DNA of 62,514 nt, filler included. It is 4 parts of 4 records of this genome, joined end to end, with 100 filler letters (N's around TTAATTAATTAA, not from the genome) between each part and the next. Parts side by side here need not be neighbours in the genome. Positions count along the whole stretch, not along the records: positions 1 to 26,558 come from SRR20825019_1189; 3 more parts are not named here. The stretch is one strand, 5' to 3'. A model generated the notes under the pieces. It saw only the letters and a program-made list of their open reading frames with translations. It did not search any database and had not been told where the DNA came from. Shown here in pieces: positions 1 through 12,189 of this stretch. The stretch's first letter is position 1; every line of letters starts with the position of its first letter. The translations under genes and the position numbers were made by a program.

Positions 1-368
1 CCGGCGGCGGCCCCTCGGCCGAGGCCTGAGGCGGGCGTCCGTCGGGCCGTCACCTTCGACTCATCGCCCGCCGCCCCCCGACCGTGCCCGACTGGGCGGC
101 CCGGCCCGTTCGGGGCCCGTCGTCGGGCCGGCCAGGCAGTGGCCAGCCCGGCAATAACTACCCAATGATGCTGACCCCCCCCCCCCAACTCCGCCGGCCG
201 CACCCGGCCGGCGTTCGCACAGTCCAGCGTCAATCGGGCGGACTGTGTCCTACAGCAGTCATACCCCCAAGAAGACCCCTGCGACCTTGCAATACCAACT
301 TGCGTTTTGCTACAAGCACTGTTGACACTTAGACACCTGTATATGTTAAGGCGATCATATAGAAAGAC

Positions 369-390
369 TGTGTGTGTGTGTGTGTGTGTG
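369..390. repeat. (TG)11 microsatellite upstream of gene 1
   Basis: Uninterrupted TG dinucleotide run 33 nt before ATG 423. Confidence 0.9.
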
Positions 391-422
391 GCGAACTCCC
401 TCCCCGAGACAGGAAAGGAACA

Positions 423-2530
423 ATGAGCCGGGGCAAAAAGTATCAGTCGGTGAAACGTCAAGATGAGGCAGTAATTGTTCTCGATATTGACGATGTTCTT
501 GAGCCATATGAAGGAGAGTTGAATGTGAAGCGGGACGAGCTGTTTAGCTATGTTGAGGGCCATCTTACGTACCTTAGGAATGTGCACAAGTTCCAGACAA
601 TATATGCTGCTGCTTGGACACGAGTTATGAACATGGGGCAGTTGATTGTGTTGTGCCGCCAGTGCAAGATAACTAGCGCTTCTGACGATGCCCAAGAGGT
701 GGTGGGTCCCCTTCTAATGGATGCGACAATACCAAAGGTGTGCTTGCCTCCTTTTTATAAGTGTCATCTGCTGAACCTTCCTATACCCAGATATTCTCTC
801 GTGCAGTTGCTTCGAACAACACAAAGGAAAAGGGCATGTACGTTTCCCACTTTATCAACGCCCTTATTCGGATTGGTGCGGAGAAATACTTCAACAGCAC
901 TTCTGTTGTGGAGGCTTTGGAGAAGCTATTGCAGAATCATATCTACCCCTTTGCGCCTGCAGAGGTTGATCAGAAGGATTTTTACTCACTACTCCTTTCC
1001 TCCGATGTGCAGAAGCACATCAAGAAGTACCGGAAGTCTCTCCTCATGGTTTTCAAGCGTGTTCGAGAAGACTCTGCTGGCGACAAGCAGCCGCTGGACT
1101 ATATTTCCTTCCCTGAATATAATGATCTTTTGGATCAAACTGACCTCCTGCAACCGGAGGACACCGATCGTAACCCTTTGACAACTGACATGGTGAGCCT
1201 TTGCTTATTGTCTTGATGCGTCCATTGACCCTGAATGGCAGATCCAATATGACTTCCGCATGAGTATGCTTGGGACATGGGTATTGGGGAAGGACGTTGA
1301 TTGTGAGTGCACTGGCCTTTGCAAGTGTGATATTGGAAAGGACCGTATTGTTCCCTATGACGAAGCCAACAATCCCAAGCCATTTGTTGAGCTCCCTCCA
1401 ACTGATAAGGCCTATTTTGAGCACTTTGAAGAGATGCTTTATCGGACAGCCCAACAGTTGAGCGAAGGGACGTTTGAGGAAAGAATTCGATCCATGTTGG
1501 ATCGGTTGATACCCAACATCCCTCCTGATGCTGAAGGTTAGTCAACGTGGTCTTGTGCTTTTTCCACTGTCCAACACTTGCTCCAGATTCGGACGAGGAA
1601 GGCGTCGACCAAGTGAAGAGGACTTACGAAATGTACTTGGAAGAGGACCCGGAGCTCTTGGATATGTTCCGTTCGCGTCGGCCAGTGACAGCACCAGCGA
1701 TTACAACCAAGTACAATGTTACCGCTGGTATCTTCCCCTTGATGATTCGGGATGTTCTGTTCGCCCCAACCGCACCCGAAGATGTGGCCAACTTGCTGGA
1801 AGTTGCTATGGTGTATCATAACGCGGCTCACTACAAACTGGCAGCCGAGATGTACGTCAAGGCACAGAAGGCTTGGATGGAGATGGAAGAGTATGATATG
1901 CTGTGATTGATTATACTATTGGCATGCCGGGACTGAAATAACTTTTACAGGGAACTGAGACCAGAAATACACATCTACTTCTTCAATATTCTTGGAAGTG
2001 TCTACGAGAGTGCCGGATGGGATGACTTGGCACTCCAGGCCTATATGGAGGCCAAGAAGGTGCAGGGGAACCTTGAGCCAGACCATCCGGACCGCTCGTA
2101 CTCTTATTCTGGGATAGCCTCGGTTTGCTTTCACTTGCGCCAGTATGATATTGCACTTCGATTTTTCACCAAGGCACTTGAGATCCGTATAGAGGGCCAA
2201 GGTGAAGGGCATCCTGAGACTGCCGCTACACAGAACAACTTGGGATGTTGTTATGAAGTGCTTGGAGAGTTTGGAACTGCCCTGAGGAATTATCAGAAGG
2301 CGCACGACACTTTCAGGGAGGAATTGGATAGCACGCACCCTCGAACATTTACCGCCCTGAGGAATTTGTCTAGAGTGAAGCGTAAATCCTTGGAAGTACG
2401 GCCTGTTCCACGGCAGATGCGTGGAATACTGATTGCAAATATGGATGCTGGGTCGAAGAAGAAGGGGAAGAAGGGGAAGAAGGGCAAGAAGGGTAAGGAT
2501 GAAGTGTTTCGTATGTTGGGCCTTCTCTGA
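423..2530 (+). CDS. Spliced eukaryotic gene: C-terminal TPR protein with Lys/Gly-rich tail (possibly ciliary)
   Basis: GT-AG introns 738-790, 1193-1241, 1537-1586 and 1891-1950 join ORFs 372/761/1260/1547/2027 in one frame. Kinesin-light-chain-type TPRs (HPDRSYSYSGIA, HPETAATQNNLG, HPRTFTALRNL); tail KKKGKKGKKGKKGK. Confidence 0.8.
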
Positions 2531-2769
2531 TAATGAATTGGTGTTTCAGGCAAAAAGAAAAAGTGAATGATCTGGGGAAGAAAGCAGCTCTTTTCCTACC
2601 AGATTCTCCCTTCAGGGGCTGTTCACCAGTCCCAATTAGTACACAGTAGTAAACCTCATGATATCCTATCAGCACACTAGAATTCACCGGGTTGGGTCAA
2701 AATTTTGGCGGGAATAAAATTCCTCCACCAGGTTTAGTACTGAAGCGGCAGTCACGGTACTCTAGCATA

Positions 2770-4376
2770 TCACTGCATGTACTTCATCACAGCGTGGAGT
2801 CCATAAACCATGGACGCTTGCCGCCTTGCCTCAAAGGACAGCATGGCTACATGGACCTTCTCATCAGGTCGAATCTCCAATCCCATATTGGAGAAATCCG
2901 TTCTCCCAAGTTGGTCAGGGCAGCATGTCACCTTCTTAACAAACATTTTCGTGGACCTATTCAAGAACACATTCACTTCCTGATAGTCGTAGTCATCATG
3001 CAACATTCCCAGCAATCTCTGTGCGTAATACCACACCCCACGCCTAAACGGCTGAGTATCAACATCCTGATTCTGACTGAAACTGTAATAAGTGAGGTCC
3101 CTCACCAAGTTGAACTCCGCATCAAGCACATTAGCAGCATCCGGGTAATAGCGATTGATCAGGGCAAACACGTGATCGTTCCAATTATAGCTTTGAACAC
3201 GGAAAATCTGATAGTCTTTCGATTTCACATCGAAGTCAACATAGTTATTGGGATAGCCTCCAGTAAAACGCTCATGTACCAAGGGGTTGCATCTTGATGT
3301 TGTCCGATTCACAGGGAAGTCTAGGCATACCAGTCATTAATCAGGAAATATAGTTGGGCACCACCACAACACTTACCGTCAGCTGCTGCCCTTTCAAACT
3401 GCTGAGCCCTCTCTTCATCTTCTGTGCACTGACTCTGATTGGGATTCTTTTGATTCTTCAGCAAGTCCAAAATATGGTCTGTTTCGTTTGTAGTTGATCC
3501 GTCGTCCTCGGTATCATACTGTTGGGGAGCGATCACTGTCGCAAAATCTACCTCGGGAGCCACCCCACACCCATTAACTACCCCGCAAAGAGCATGGAAC
3601 GTACTCATCAGCAATATGGCCTGAACAAGTTCCCCAACACTCCAAGCATCCCCCCCCTTGAGCAAGAGCTCGATATGACTCCGCCGCACAAGCCATGGCT
3701 GATGTGCAAGCATCGCATTCAGCTGCAGCAAGTCCTGCAATTTAGCTGGTGCCTTATCCACACCCTCGAGCCAGCTCGGATCGCCGTCGTTCATCAGGAA
3801 GTGTACGCCCTGATGTACAACAATGTAAGTGCAACCAAATCGACTTGCCGCCAGAATGGCAATGTAGTTCCTCCAGCTCGGAGGAAGTGGCCCGGCATCC
3901 CTCATCAAAAAGTCCATTGTCACATAAAATGAATCCAAAAACGTCTTGTGGCAACTGAACACATGCTCCAAGTTTGTGACAATACCATGGTTGCGACAGA
4001 ATATTTCTTCGTAGAGGTCTCTCAGTACTGTGTCCTCTGTCTGCACACTAGGCAGGAAGTTGTATCCTATGAAATAGCTAGGGTTTTCTGGAGCGGGCAA
4101 CGTCCACCCAAGGCCGCCAGCTTGCTGCACCAACTGCTCGCACGCGCTACGAATCTCTACAAGCGGGCTACCATAGGCCAGTCGCACCACCGTCGCCAGC
4201 CTCGTGTATAGCAATGAATCATGCGTTTCAGGCGTGCCTGGAGGAGCAGCGTCCCTCAATATTTGAACCAGTTCTTCGATTTCATCTTTTCTGTTGTCCA
4301 CACTAGTGGCAGTGACAGCAGGTTGGAAAAATAAAAGGTTGTCTCTGATCGCTGCAATTCCGTCGGCTATGTCCAT
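2770..4376 (-). CDS. SESN: Sestrin (PA26 family)
   Basis: Intron 3321-3376 (GTAAG...CTAG) joins the two ORFs in frame. Motifs GPLPPSWRNYIAILAASRFGC, LAHQPWL, WSVGELVQA, HDDYDYQEVN, EKVHV...EARRQASMVYGL. Confidence 0.93.
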
Positions 4377-4749
4377 GTCGCCAGCAGCTATTCACCACGA
4401 GCGGTTCCCAACCCGACGGGCCCCAGTATTCGTGACAAGGTTTGTACTCTTAACACCTTCCGATATTCCCGATCGGCGAAACCGCAACTAGGTGACTGGC
4501 TGTGCAACGACCCATCTTACCGTACTTCAAGGCGGGTATTTGTTGATACAAATCATTTGCACACGCAAGACGGCTTGTGCTGGAGGAAGGAAGTCGTGGT
4601 TCTGAAACTTTGGCTGAGGCAGCCATGGCCTTCAACTGAGTGTCACCCACACCAAGCCTTCCTCCTTCCTGTTGCCGTGACGGTCTCGGCCGACGATGGG
4701 ATGTCGCGCTCCCAGGAACACATGGCACCGTCACATCATAAGTCATTGG

Positions 4750-5520
4750 TGGCGTGATCGATCCGGCCATCCATCATAACCTTACCCCGGCCCGGACGGG
4801 ATGGCGCGACCAGCCGACCACCGGCATGACACACCAGCCGCGGCCAAGCTGCTGGCGGGCTCGGGAGGCTGCGTCACGGCACTCCCACCAGCCGGCGGCG
4901 GTGGTCGGGTTACGGGCGGGCGGCAAGGCAGTCGGGTACCGCCAGAGTGTGGCGCCCTGCGCTTGGGCCCGTCCTGGTCGCGGCCACAATGTTGTTGTTG
5001 GCGGCGGAGGCCGCGAGCCAAACATCCCAGTCCTCACTAGGGCTTGCTGTGGCTCCGGATCGTGTCTGCCCAGCTAGCCAGTCCTTGGCCATGCATGGCC
5101 AAGGGCAGTGGGCATGGGTCCCCGCAGTGTGCCGCGCGCTTTTATCGACCAGGCCGTCGAGGGAAAATCTCGCTTGACCGGACACAAGCATGAGGGTGGG
5201 CCCACTATTGTTTCGAGGCGGATCATGGCTTGTAGACGCCGGGGCCCGGCGGCGGCGCCAAAGTGCAACGGTGACATGATTACTCAGCAGAGGACCGCGG
5301 ACGGGCGGCCGCGCCGGCGCGGCCCCGCCGCCGCGCCCGGCCTGGCAGGCCTCCGCGCCCCGGGACGTGAGTGCGCCCCCCCCAAGCCGCCGCGCCCCCC
5401 AGTGATCAGGATGATCGGAACGGCGCCGCCGGCCAGGTGCCACCGGAGGGACGGACGCGGCCCGGGCTCTCCCAGTCCGCCCAGGACCTTCACTAGACCC
5501 ACGATCACCTGCTGAGGCCG
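4750..5520. promoter_or_regulatory. GC/CpG-rich island, likely bidirectional promoter of sestrin and F-box genes
   Basis: Visibly very GC-rich stretch between divergent starts at 4376 (-) and 5663 (+). Confidence 0.55.
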
Positions 5521-5662
5521 ACGACCCTTAGAGGTAGCCACCTACAACTAACGGCACTCCGCTTCAGTTCCCTTGGCCTAAAGACTCTGCCACCCCAAAA
5601 AAGGTATTTAGCTCAATTCCCTCTGCAGCAAAGAGTTTCGCTTGTGTTCTCAAAGTGTGCTT

Positions 5663-7015
5663 ATGGCGTCAAGTATAAGCTTCCACTGCACTCAGGACCC
5701 AGCATGTACAGCCTACATATTCTCAACTGCCCGTCCCAAAATCGGAACTTTCACCACCAGACCTGAACATCGTGTTTCGCTAAGAGATGCCTATTATTCT
5801 GTCTCAAGCGACGATGACTCAGAAAGGCGCCCCGAAGCGCAAGAAGAAGAGAAAGAGGCTGAAGTTCTGCCATCTGAGAGTGGAAGTCTAGAGCCTGAAG
5901 AGCAAGAAATATTGCCGTATGCTTCGCCTCAGCGGAACTGGGCGGAGTTGCCCGACGATATTCTCCTTCGAATACTGGTTTGCTACTGTACACCGCGAGA
6001 GCGGTCCACAGTATCACGCGTGTGCAAAGGGTGGCGTCATTCAATGTCTTTAGTGAGCGCATATGCGCGCGTCAACCGCTATTCAATATCAGATTCCTGC
6101 AACGCATTCAGCAAGGTGAAATCGCTCGTTATGGAAGGTGAGTGCTGGTGTCTTAATGTTTGCGGAAACACTTAACATGCAACAGCGGAAGCCTTAGATG
6201 ATTTGGGATGCAAAGAGCTGATCAAAGTCCTAAAGAAGAGCAAGCAGATACACGGGATAGATATGACAGGTAGAAGGCAGTGTTCAATCCGTGAAATGAG
6301 TTTGACGGATTTTGTTTATTATAGTTATACCTACTCAATGCAAGCCAATCACGACACAGCGGCTGTTTTCTAACATTGGAGGATGTCTCTCCTATATACG
6401 GTTTTCAATAGCTCCTGCCAAAAGTCCTACAAGCTTTCACCCTCCCTTGAGCTGTTTGCTCCCTCGTGGTTTTCCTATGGTGTATGTCAATTTATCTGGT
6501 GAGTCGAGCCTGAATGAGGGGTATGGGTGTTGTCAACTAACATGTTGGAATAGACTGTAGATTAGAAGATGACGACGTATTTCCTGTTGTCGATGCCATA
6601 GGCGAATCAAAAAGTCTCCAAGTTCTTATTTTGGACAACAACAGATTGACCAGCGCCTGTGTATCCGACTTGTGCAACACTCGTGGCAAAATGAAAACTC
6701 TGTCTTTTTCATGTGAGCGTGATGGTTGTACCTGACGGTGGTTTACTTAGTGTTGTTTAGATAACCCCATGGGAAACGACGTTGCTGATGCTGTTTGCGG
6801 AGGGGGCCTGGAAAAAGGAAACTTGCCTTGTCTTGAAAATCTATTTCTCACAGGCAAGCACGATAAACCGAATGCTCCAGCTCTACTCATGTTTTGATAA
6901 TGCAGGGTGCCATTTGGGCCGACGAGGTATCAAGCAACTTCGTGCGCTAGTGCAAAGCAGGAGAACGAAACTTCAGTACATTGCGGTTGGAGGTAACACC
7001 ATATGTCACCTTTGA
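5663..7015 (+). CDS. F-box / leucine-rich-repeat protein (spliced)
   Basis: F-box WAELPDDILLRIL...SRVCKGWR. Introns 6138-6185, 6270-6324, 6499-6553, 6713-6760 and 6854-6905 (GC-AG) give LRRs LQVLILDNNRLT and LENLFLTGCHLGRRG. Confidence 0.85.
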
Positions 7016-7205
7016 GGCGGTTTATTCATTGGCATCAGGGATAGCATCAGATACAATATCCGATCTAGTGGGAACCGTACAAGGAGATGCAGTGATATCA
7101 AACTCATTGGCACGCTCGCCACCCAACAGTGGAGACATTCACAACCCGTTACTATACACCACAGGGTTCCATCATATCATGTAGCGCACAACCTGCGCAA
7201 CGCAA

Positions 7206-10200
7206 TCATAAGAATCCACTCTGAGGCTGTCTATTGTTATCCTGCATATAATACATGGGTTGAGCCTGTGCAGGATTGAATGCGCCTGCAACAGCCAAAC
7301 CGTATTGGGTTGGTGGCACACCCCACATTGGTGTTGCTCCTGTCCCCATAGGATGCATCAATCCGTGCGTACCGACTTCTGTAGACGGCACGGGCTGGCC
7401 CTGGTGGGGCACATGCTGGCCGTCTACCTGTGGAGAGAACGCACCAGGGCTATTTGTATTGACAGGTACTTGCGAAGGCACGGGGAGATGATAAACCAAT
7501 AGGCCATTCATATTGTCTGGTCCCGACCCCTGCATCCATGCGTTTTGGTCCACAATGGGTTGGTGCCATTGCGGTGCGTTCGGGACATTATTCCACAGGG
7601 TCACGTTGTGCCAGCAGTCCATACCAGCAGATGGAATGTTCTGCCATTGGTTACCACTCACATTCCCACCAAGAACGGCGCCGGCCGCAACAGCAGATTC
7701 CATGTCCACCAGATGCATGGACATCATGGGCATATATCCTGGGGTCACAGGATTGGGCAAAACAGCCGGCATTACCACTTGAGGTTGTGGGGGATGCTGC
7801 TGCACATGCGGCTGTTGATAGTGCGCCACTTGAGGAGTTGGCATCGGTTGCTGCCTCATAAGCACCATATTCCTAGAGGCTTGCATCTCTTCATTAGACA
7901 AGTCAGTGGGCTCTACACGGGCATTGATCGTTTCTCCTACAATTGCACCCAGATTCAATACATGAACGTCAAAATGATCAAGTACAGTCTCACCTTGTAA
8001 CTTTTGAAGAGTCTCCTCCGCCCTGTCGGCAACAGCGATATGCTGTGGGGGCAGTCCACTTTCATGAACCTCCCACATCTTCGCATATCCAACCTCGATG
8101 TCTCTCACCCACCTCTTCGTGTCGAAAAGAGGGCACGTCATGCGGTTATTCATGATCTTCTTCCGAATATTTGCCAATTCCCCATTTGGGTTCAACGCGA
8201 AAGACCTTGCTTTCTTCTCGTACTCATCAAGCGACGAAACCACCAGTTCAGGTGCCCCGACAGCTTGCACCAAGGACGCAGCTACCCGGGATGACATTTT
8301 CTCTTGCGGGCATGTCAGGATTGGGAGGCCAGCCCACAGCACATCAGTGCCAGTGGTGTGGGCATTGCACAGTGGTGTGTCCAAAAAAAGGTTGGCCAAA
8401 GCAGAGCGACGGATGTGTTCTGCCTTGTGAGCAACATCAGTAAATATCAACTGATCCTGAGGTACTCCTCTCTTCGCAGCCTCACGCCTAATGTTTTCCT
8501 CTCCAACGGCTGGAAACCGCAAAAGCCACAAAACCGAGTTAGGAACCGACAAGAGAATGCGGCACCAAACATCGAACACGCCAGGGTCAATCTTATACAG
8601 TTGATTGAAGTTGGCAAAAATAAACTTCCCCTCAGGTAATCCACACGACATCCGGGTTAGTGATGCAGTGTTTGTAACTGAATCCATGTAACTTTGAACG
8701 TAATCATTCACAAAATAGCAGTTAGGCATCCACACTAGCTTCTCTGCATACTGATGCGCCCTATCTGGGGGAGAGACAGTTTCATCAGTGATAAGATAGT
8801 GTATATAGTCCGCGCCCATTGAGCCGGCAAAACCCATGTAACTAACTTGTACAGGGGATGGACTTGCAGCAAATATCTCCGTGCGAGCTCCTTTCGTGTA
8901 GCCGTTAAGGTTGACGAGAATGTGAATTCTTTCTTTCCGGATCATCCGCGCAGCATTTTCCTTGCTTTGCCCGCTAATATCAATGAAGTGCTCAGCCCCC
9001 GTCATGATCTTTTGACGCCACTGAGAATTATCACTTGGAGACAGAGAAAAACAAAATATTTCAAACAACTGACGGTTATGCATCCCGAATACACTCTGCA
9101 TAAGATGAGCTAGAGGATGATTACCAAAATCGGATGATACATATCCAACACGAATTCGTTCCCTAGATCCATCAGCAAATGTCTGCCTTATCACAGGAGC
9201 AGATTCGAACTCCCGTCGCAGAATGGGAAGCACCATCGCCATATTCTCGTGAGCTCTTTGAGCGTAGATGCGAGAGATCTTCAGTTGCATTACGGGGTCC
9301 ATAGGATACACCATCGCATGGAATGGCTGGACAGGAGGAAGAAGGTTCTTCGCGATGTGATCAAGCTGCGCCTCAAATAATTGCTTAAACATCTCATCAA
9401 GGCCATCCCATGCACAAATAAATTGCAGGCTGTGAACAAGATTCGCAAACGCCTCTGGAAAACCAGGACGCAGCTCTAAAGCCTTCTTGTAATTTTCTAT
9501 CGCATTCACAAGGTCACCACTGTCCTTTTGAGTGGCAGCCAAATTACCGTAGGAGTCGGCAAGGTTCGGGTTCAATTGGATTGCCTTCTTATAGCACGCA
9601 ATGGCTTCTTCTGTTCTCCCAAGTTCACGTAATGTATTTCCCAAGTTAGATTGCGCATCTGCTAATGTGGGATCAATGCGTAGAGATTCCTGGTAATACC
9701 ACGTGGCCTCATGTAGCCTCCCACAGTCTTTGAGTAGAGAAGCATAATTATTGTACAAGGGAGCAAACTTTGGGCCATAGGATACAGCCGTCTCGTAGCA
9801 TTGCAATGCATCCTTAATGTTACCTAGATCCTTGAATGTGTTTCCAAGATTGTTAAGTGCGTGGCAGTGCGTGGGTAATACGGACAGCGCCTTTCTATAA
9901 CACTCGATAGCTTCGTTGGTCATGCCCTTACCCTTATATATGTTGCCTATATTATTGTGAGCATCCGCGTGTGTTGGATCAAGCTCGATCGCACGTTTGT
10001 ACGACTCAATGGCCTGATCCACCTTATGCAAATCATAATACGCAGATGCGAGGTTGCTGTGGCATATGGCAAAGGACGGTTTCACCCGCAACGCTTGCTT
10101 ATACATTGAGATGGCATCATCTATCATGCCGATCTCCTTGTATATGTTTGCAACATTATTGTAGGCATCTGCATACTGAGGATTTACAGCAATAGCGCAC

Positions 10201-11024
10201 TTGTATGCATGTATAGCTTGGTTGTGATCTCGCTCGGAATTGTAAATCACACCAAGCAACGACCAAGCAAGCTCCATCCTCGGGTTAATGATGATGGCCT
10301 CGTTCAGGTGTACCTTCGCTTCAGCCAGCCTGTTCTCAGAAAAGTACATCATTCCCAACTGGTAGTATGCTGGTGCACTACGTGGGTTTGCCTCCAGGTA
10401 TGCCTGCAACAACATAACTGCAGCATCGGTCGCGCCGCGCTGCGAAAAATTCCGAACAATATTGAAGATGACATCAACTTCAAATGAAGGCTGCTTTCGA
10501 ACGCACATGAGGTAGAAAGACAAGCTGTTAGACAGGTCATTCAACTCCATATAAGAGTTTCCCACGTTGCACAGAGCATGAGTATTACCAGGCTCCAGCT
10601 CCAACACTAGTTTGTTGTAGTGCAAGGAACCATCATAGTCACCCAACTGAAAACATGCGCCGCCAAGTAGCAAAAGATTGATGGTATCTCGAGGGTGTGC
10701 TCGATAGAAAGCTTCTGCTGCACGACGACACGCATCAAAATGGCGACTGTTGTATAGTTCATGAATTTCCTCCTTTGTGATTGTCAGTGCCTCGACACCC
10801 TTCTGTGAAGACGGTGTGTATGGTGCAGCCAGAGCGTTCCCTTGATAAGAAGGGAAAGAAACACTAACAGCAGCGCAGCCAAAACCCGTCCCATCAACTC
10901 TCGGCTCGGTCTCCATGAGGGGGTGTTTCAAAGGCCCCATAGTATTGACCGAGTCAAATACATGCGCTTGGGGCGCAAAAGGGGTTCCGCGCACACTAGC
11001 AACACTGGATGGGCCTGGCGCCAT
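7206..11024 (-). CDS. OGT: O-GlcNAc transferase (GT41, OGT/SEC type) with TPR array and Q/P/M-rich C-terminal extension
   Basis: Single 1272-aa ORF with >10 TPRs. Catalytic motifs RVGYVSSDFGNHPLAHLMQSV, ILVNLNGYTKGAR, FANFNQLYKIDP, LDTPLCNAHTTGTDVLWAG. Confidence 0.95.
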   Translation of the reverse strand: MAPGPSSVASVRGTPFAPQAHVFDSVNTMGPLKHPLMETEPRVDGTGFGCAAVSVSFPSYQGNALAAPYTPSSQKGVEALTITKEEIHELYNSRHFDACRRAAEAFYRAHPRDTINLLLLGGACFQLGDYDGSLHYNKLVLELEPGNTHALCNVGNSYMELNDLSNSLSFYLMCVRKQPSFEVDVIFNIVRNFSQRGATDAAVMLLQAYLEANPRSAPAYYQLGMMYFSENRLAEAKVHLNEAIIINPRMELAWSLLGVIYNSERDHNQAIHAYKCAIAVNPQYADAYNNVANIYKEIGMIDDAISMYKQALRVKPSFAICHSNLASAYYDLHKVDQAIESYKRAIELDPTHADAHNNIGNIYKGKGMTNEAIECYRKALSVLPTHCHALNNLGNTFKDLGNIKDALQCYETAVSYGPKFAPLYNNYASLLKDCGRLHEATWYYQESLRIDPTLADAQSNLGNTLRELGRTEEAIACYKKAIQLNPNLADSYGNLAATQKDSGDLVNAIENYKKALELRPGFPEAFANLVHSLQFICAWDGLDEMFKQLFEAQLDHIAKNLLPPVQPFHAMVYPMDPVMQLKISRIYAQRAHENMAMVLPILRREFESAPVIRQTFADGSRERIRVGYVSSDFGNHPLAHLMQSVFGMHNRQLFEIFCFSLSPSDNSQWRQKIMTGAEHFIDISGQSKENAARMIRKERIHILVNLNGYTKGARTEIFAASPSPVQVSYMGFAGSMGADYIHYLITDETVSPPDRAHQYAEKLVWMPNCYFVNDYVQSYMDSVTNTASLTRMSCGLPEGKFIFANFNQLYKIDPGVFDVWCRILLSVPNSVLWLLRFPAVGEENIRREAAKRGVPQDQLIFTDVAHKAEHIRRSALANLFLDTPLCNAHTTGTDVLWAGLPILTCPQEKMSSRVAASLVQAVGAPELVVSSLDEYEKKARSFALNPNGELANIRKKIMNNRMTCPLFDTKRWVRDIEVGYAKMWEVHESGLPPQHIAVADRAEETLQKLQGETVLDHFDVHVLNLGAIVGETINARVEPTDLSNEEMQASRNMVLMRQQPMPTPQVAHYQQPHVQQHPPQPQVVMPAVLPNPVTPGYMPMMSMHLVDMESAVAAGAVLGGNVSGNQWQNIPSAGMDCWHNVTLWNNVPNAPQWHQPIVDQNAWMQGSGPDNMNGLLVYHLPVPSQVPVNTNSPGAFSPQVDGQHVPHQGQPVPSTEVGTHGLMHPMGTGATPMWGVPPTQYGLAVAGAFNPAQAQPMYYMQDNNRQPQSGFL

Positions 11025-11149
11025 ACTACCCCGTCATTTCAAACTTCTCGAGGTGACTGCACCATGACGACATTTTCACTTCTACATATCTCTAAATATC
11101 AAACACAACTTCCACACACCCCTAAGACTCTCACTCACCACGGCCGTCT

Positions 11150-12100
11150 GCGCATGATTGCCCACAGAAGTTGTGGAACGGACACGCCGCCTGGGCAGAC
11201 GCGGCTCGCAAGCCCCGCCCTACAACAGACGGCGCCCAGTGCCTCATGTGGGGAGCCGGTACAGCCTGAGGCACGCAGCCGAGGCCCGGGCGTGCTGCAG
11301 GGCGGAATCAGGCTCCGTCAGTTCGTACTCAGCGGTCCCCCACGGCGGGTATGAGCCGGCGGCGGCCCGCCGGCTACCCGAGTCAGTCGGCCTTCATGCC
11401 CGCCGTCCCCGGCTACGAGTCATCCTCGGGGCCACGGCGATCGGTCAAGCGTCGCCTGCTGCCAGATCCGGGCCCCGTGGTGACGGCGCACCACGGCCGC
11501 GGGCCGGCGGCCGGGCGGGGCGTACCTAGGCGGCGCCGGGCAGCCGGGTGGTCGTGCCTGGGGCATGGGGCGGGGGGGTTCTGATTGCGCGGGCCGTCCG
11601 GTCAGTGGTCGAAGATTGGCAGAGGACCGGACGCTCCTACACAACACCACATGTGTGTCTTCGAGAATCTATTCGAGAAACTTCGGTTTTATTGTTGTTC
11701 AGAAATAATTCGGAGCACAGTTGACCGGACATCCGAAGTGCCCAGAAGTTGTACCCGGACCGGCGGCACCCGTTCGGACCCGCCCGGGGCTGCCCGGGCC
11801 GCGCGGCGAGCGCCGCCCGGCCGCCGCGGACGGGGTAGTCCCAATGGGTGGGTGAGCCCTGCACTGATGACTCGGCTGACGATCTTGCGCACGGCCAACC
11901 CCGGCTGGGTCCTCGGCCCGGCGCCCGATGAGATTGTGCCCCGGAGGGGCTGGCGCCCGGGGCCACGGGCTCCGGACGTCCGGAGCCCGCGGCCCGCAGG
12001 GCGCCGGGCCGAGGACCTGGGTCCGCCGTGTGTGGGGCAATAACGCCACAATTAGCCCAAAACCTCCTGGGCTGGTGCTTGGGCCGCAAGGGCCAGTCGT
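11150..12100. promoter_or_regulatory. GC/CpG-rich island, likely bidirectional promoter of OGT and Ctr genes
   Basis: Two GC-rich blocks between divergent starts at 11024 (-) and 12190 (+). Confidence 0.55.
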
Positions 12101-12189
12101 TGGTACACGCGCACTCATCTCTGACAGACCTCCATAGTGGGCACTTGGTATAAGGCCATGAACAGTGCAACTTTTTTTCTGAGGCAGCC

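Noticed and set aside
423-2530. Fragmented ORFs as pseudogenes or an alternative genetic code
   Set aside because: Short GT-AG introns restore continuous frames with the standard code.
4450-5541. Many overlapping Arg/Pro/Gly-rich ORFs in GC islands (also 11150-12190, 15466-15867, 19548-19923, 25695-26136)
   Set aside because: Expected from stop-codon scarcity at very high GC; no domain motifs.
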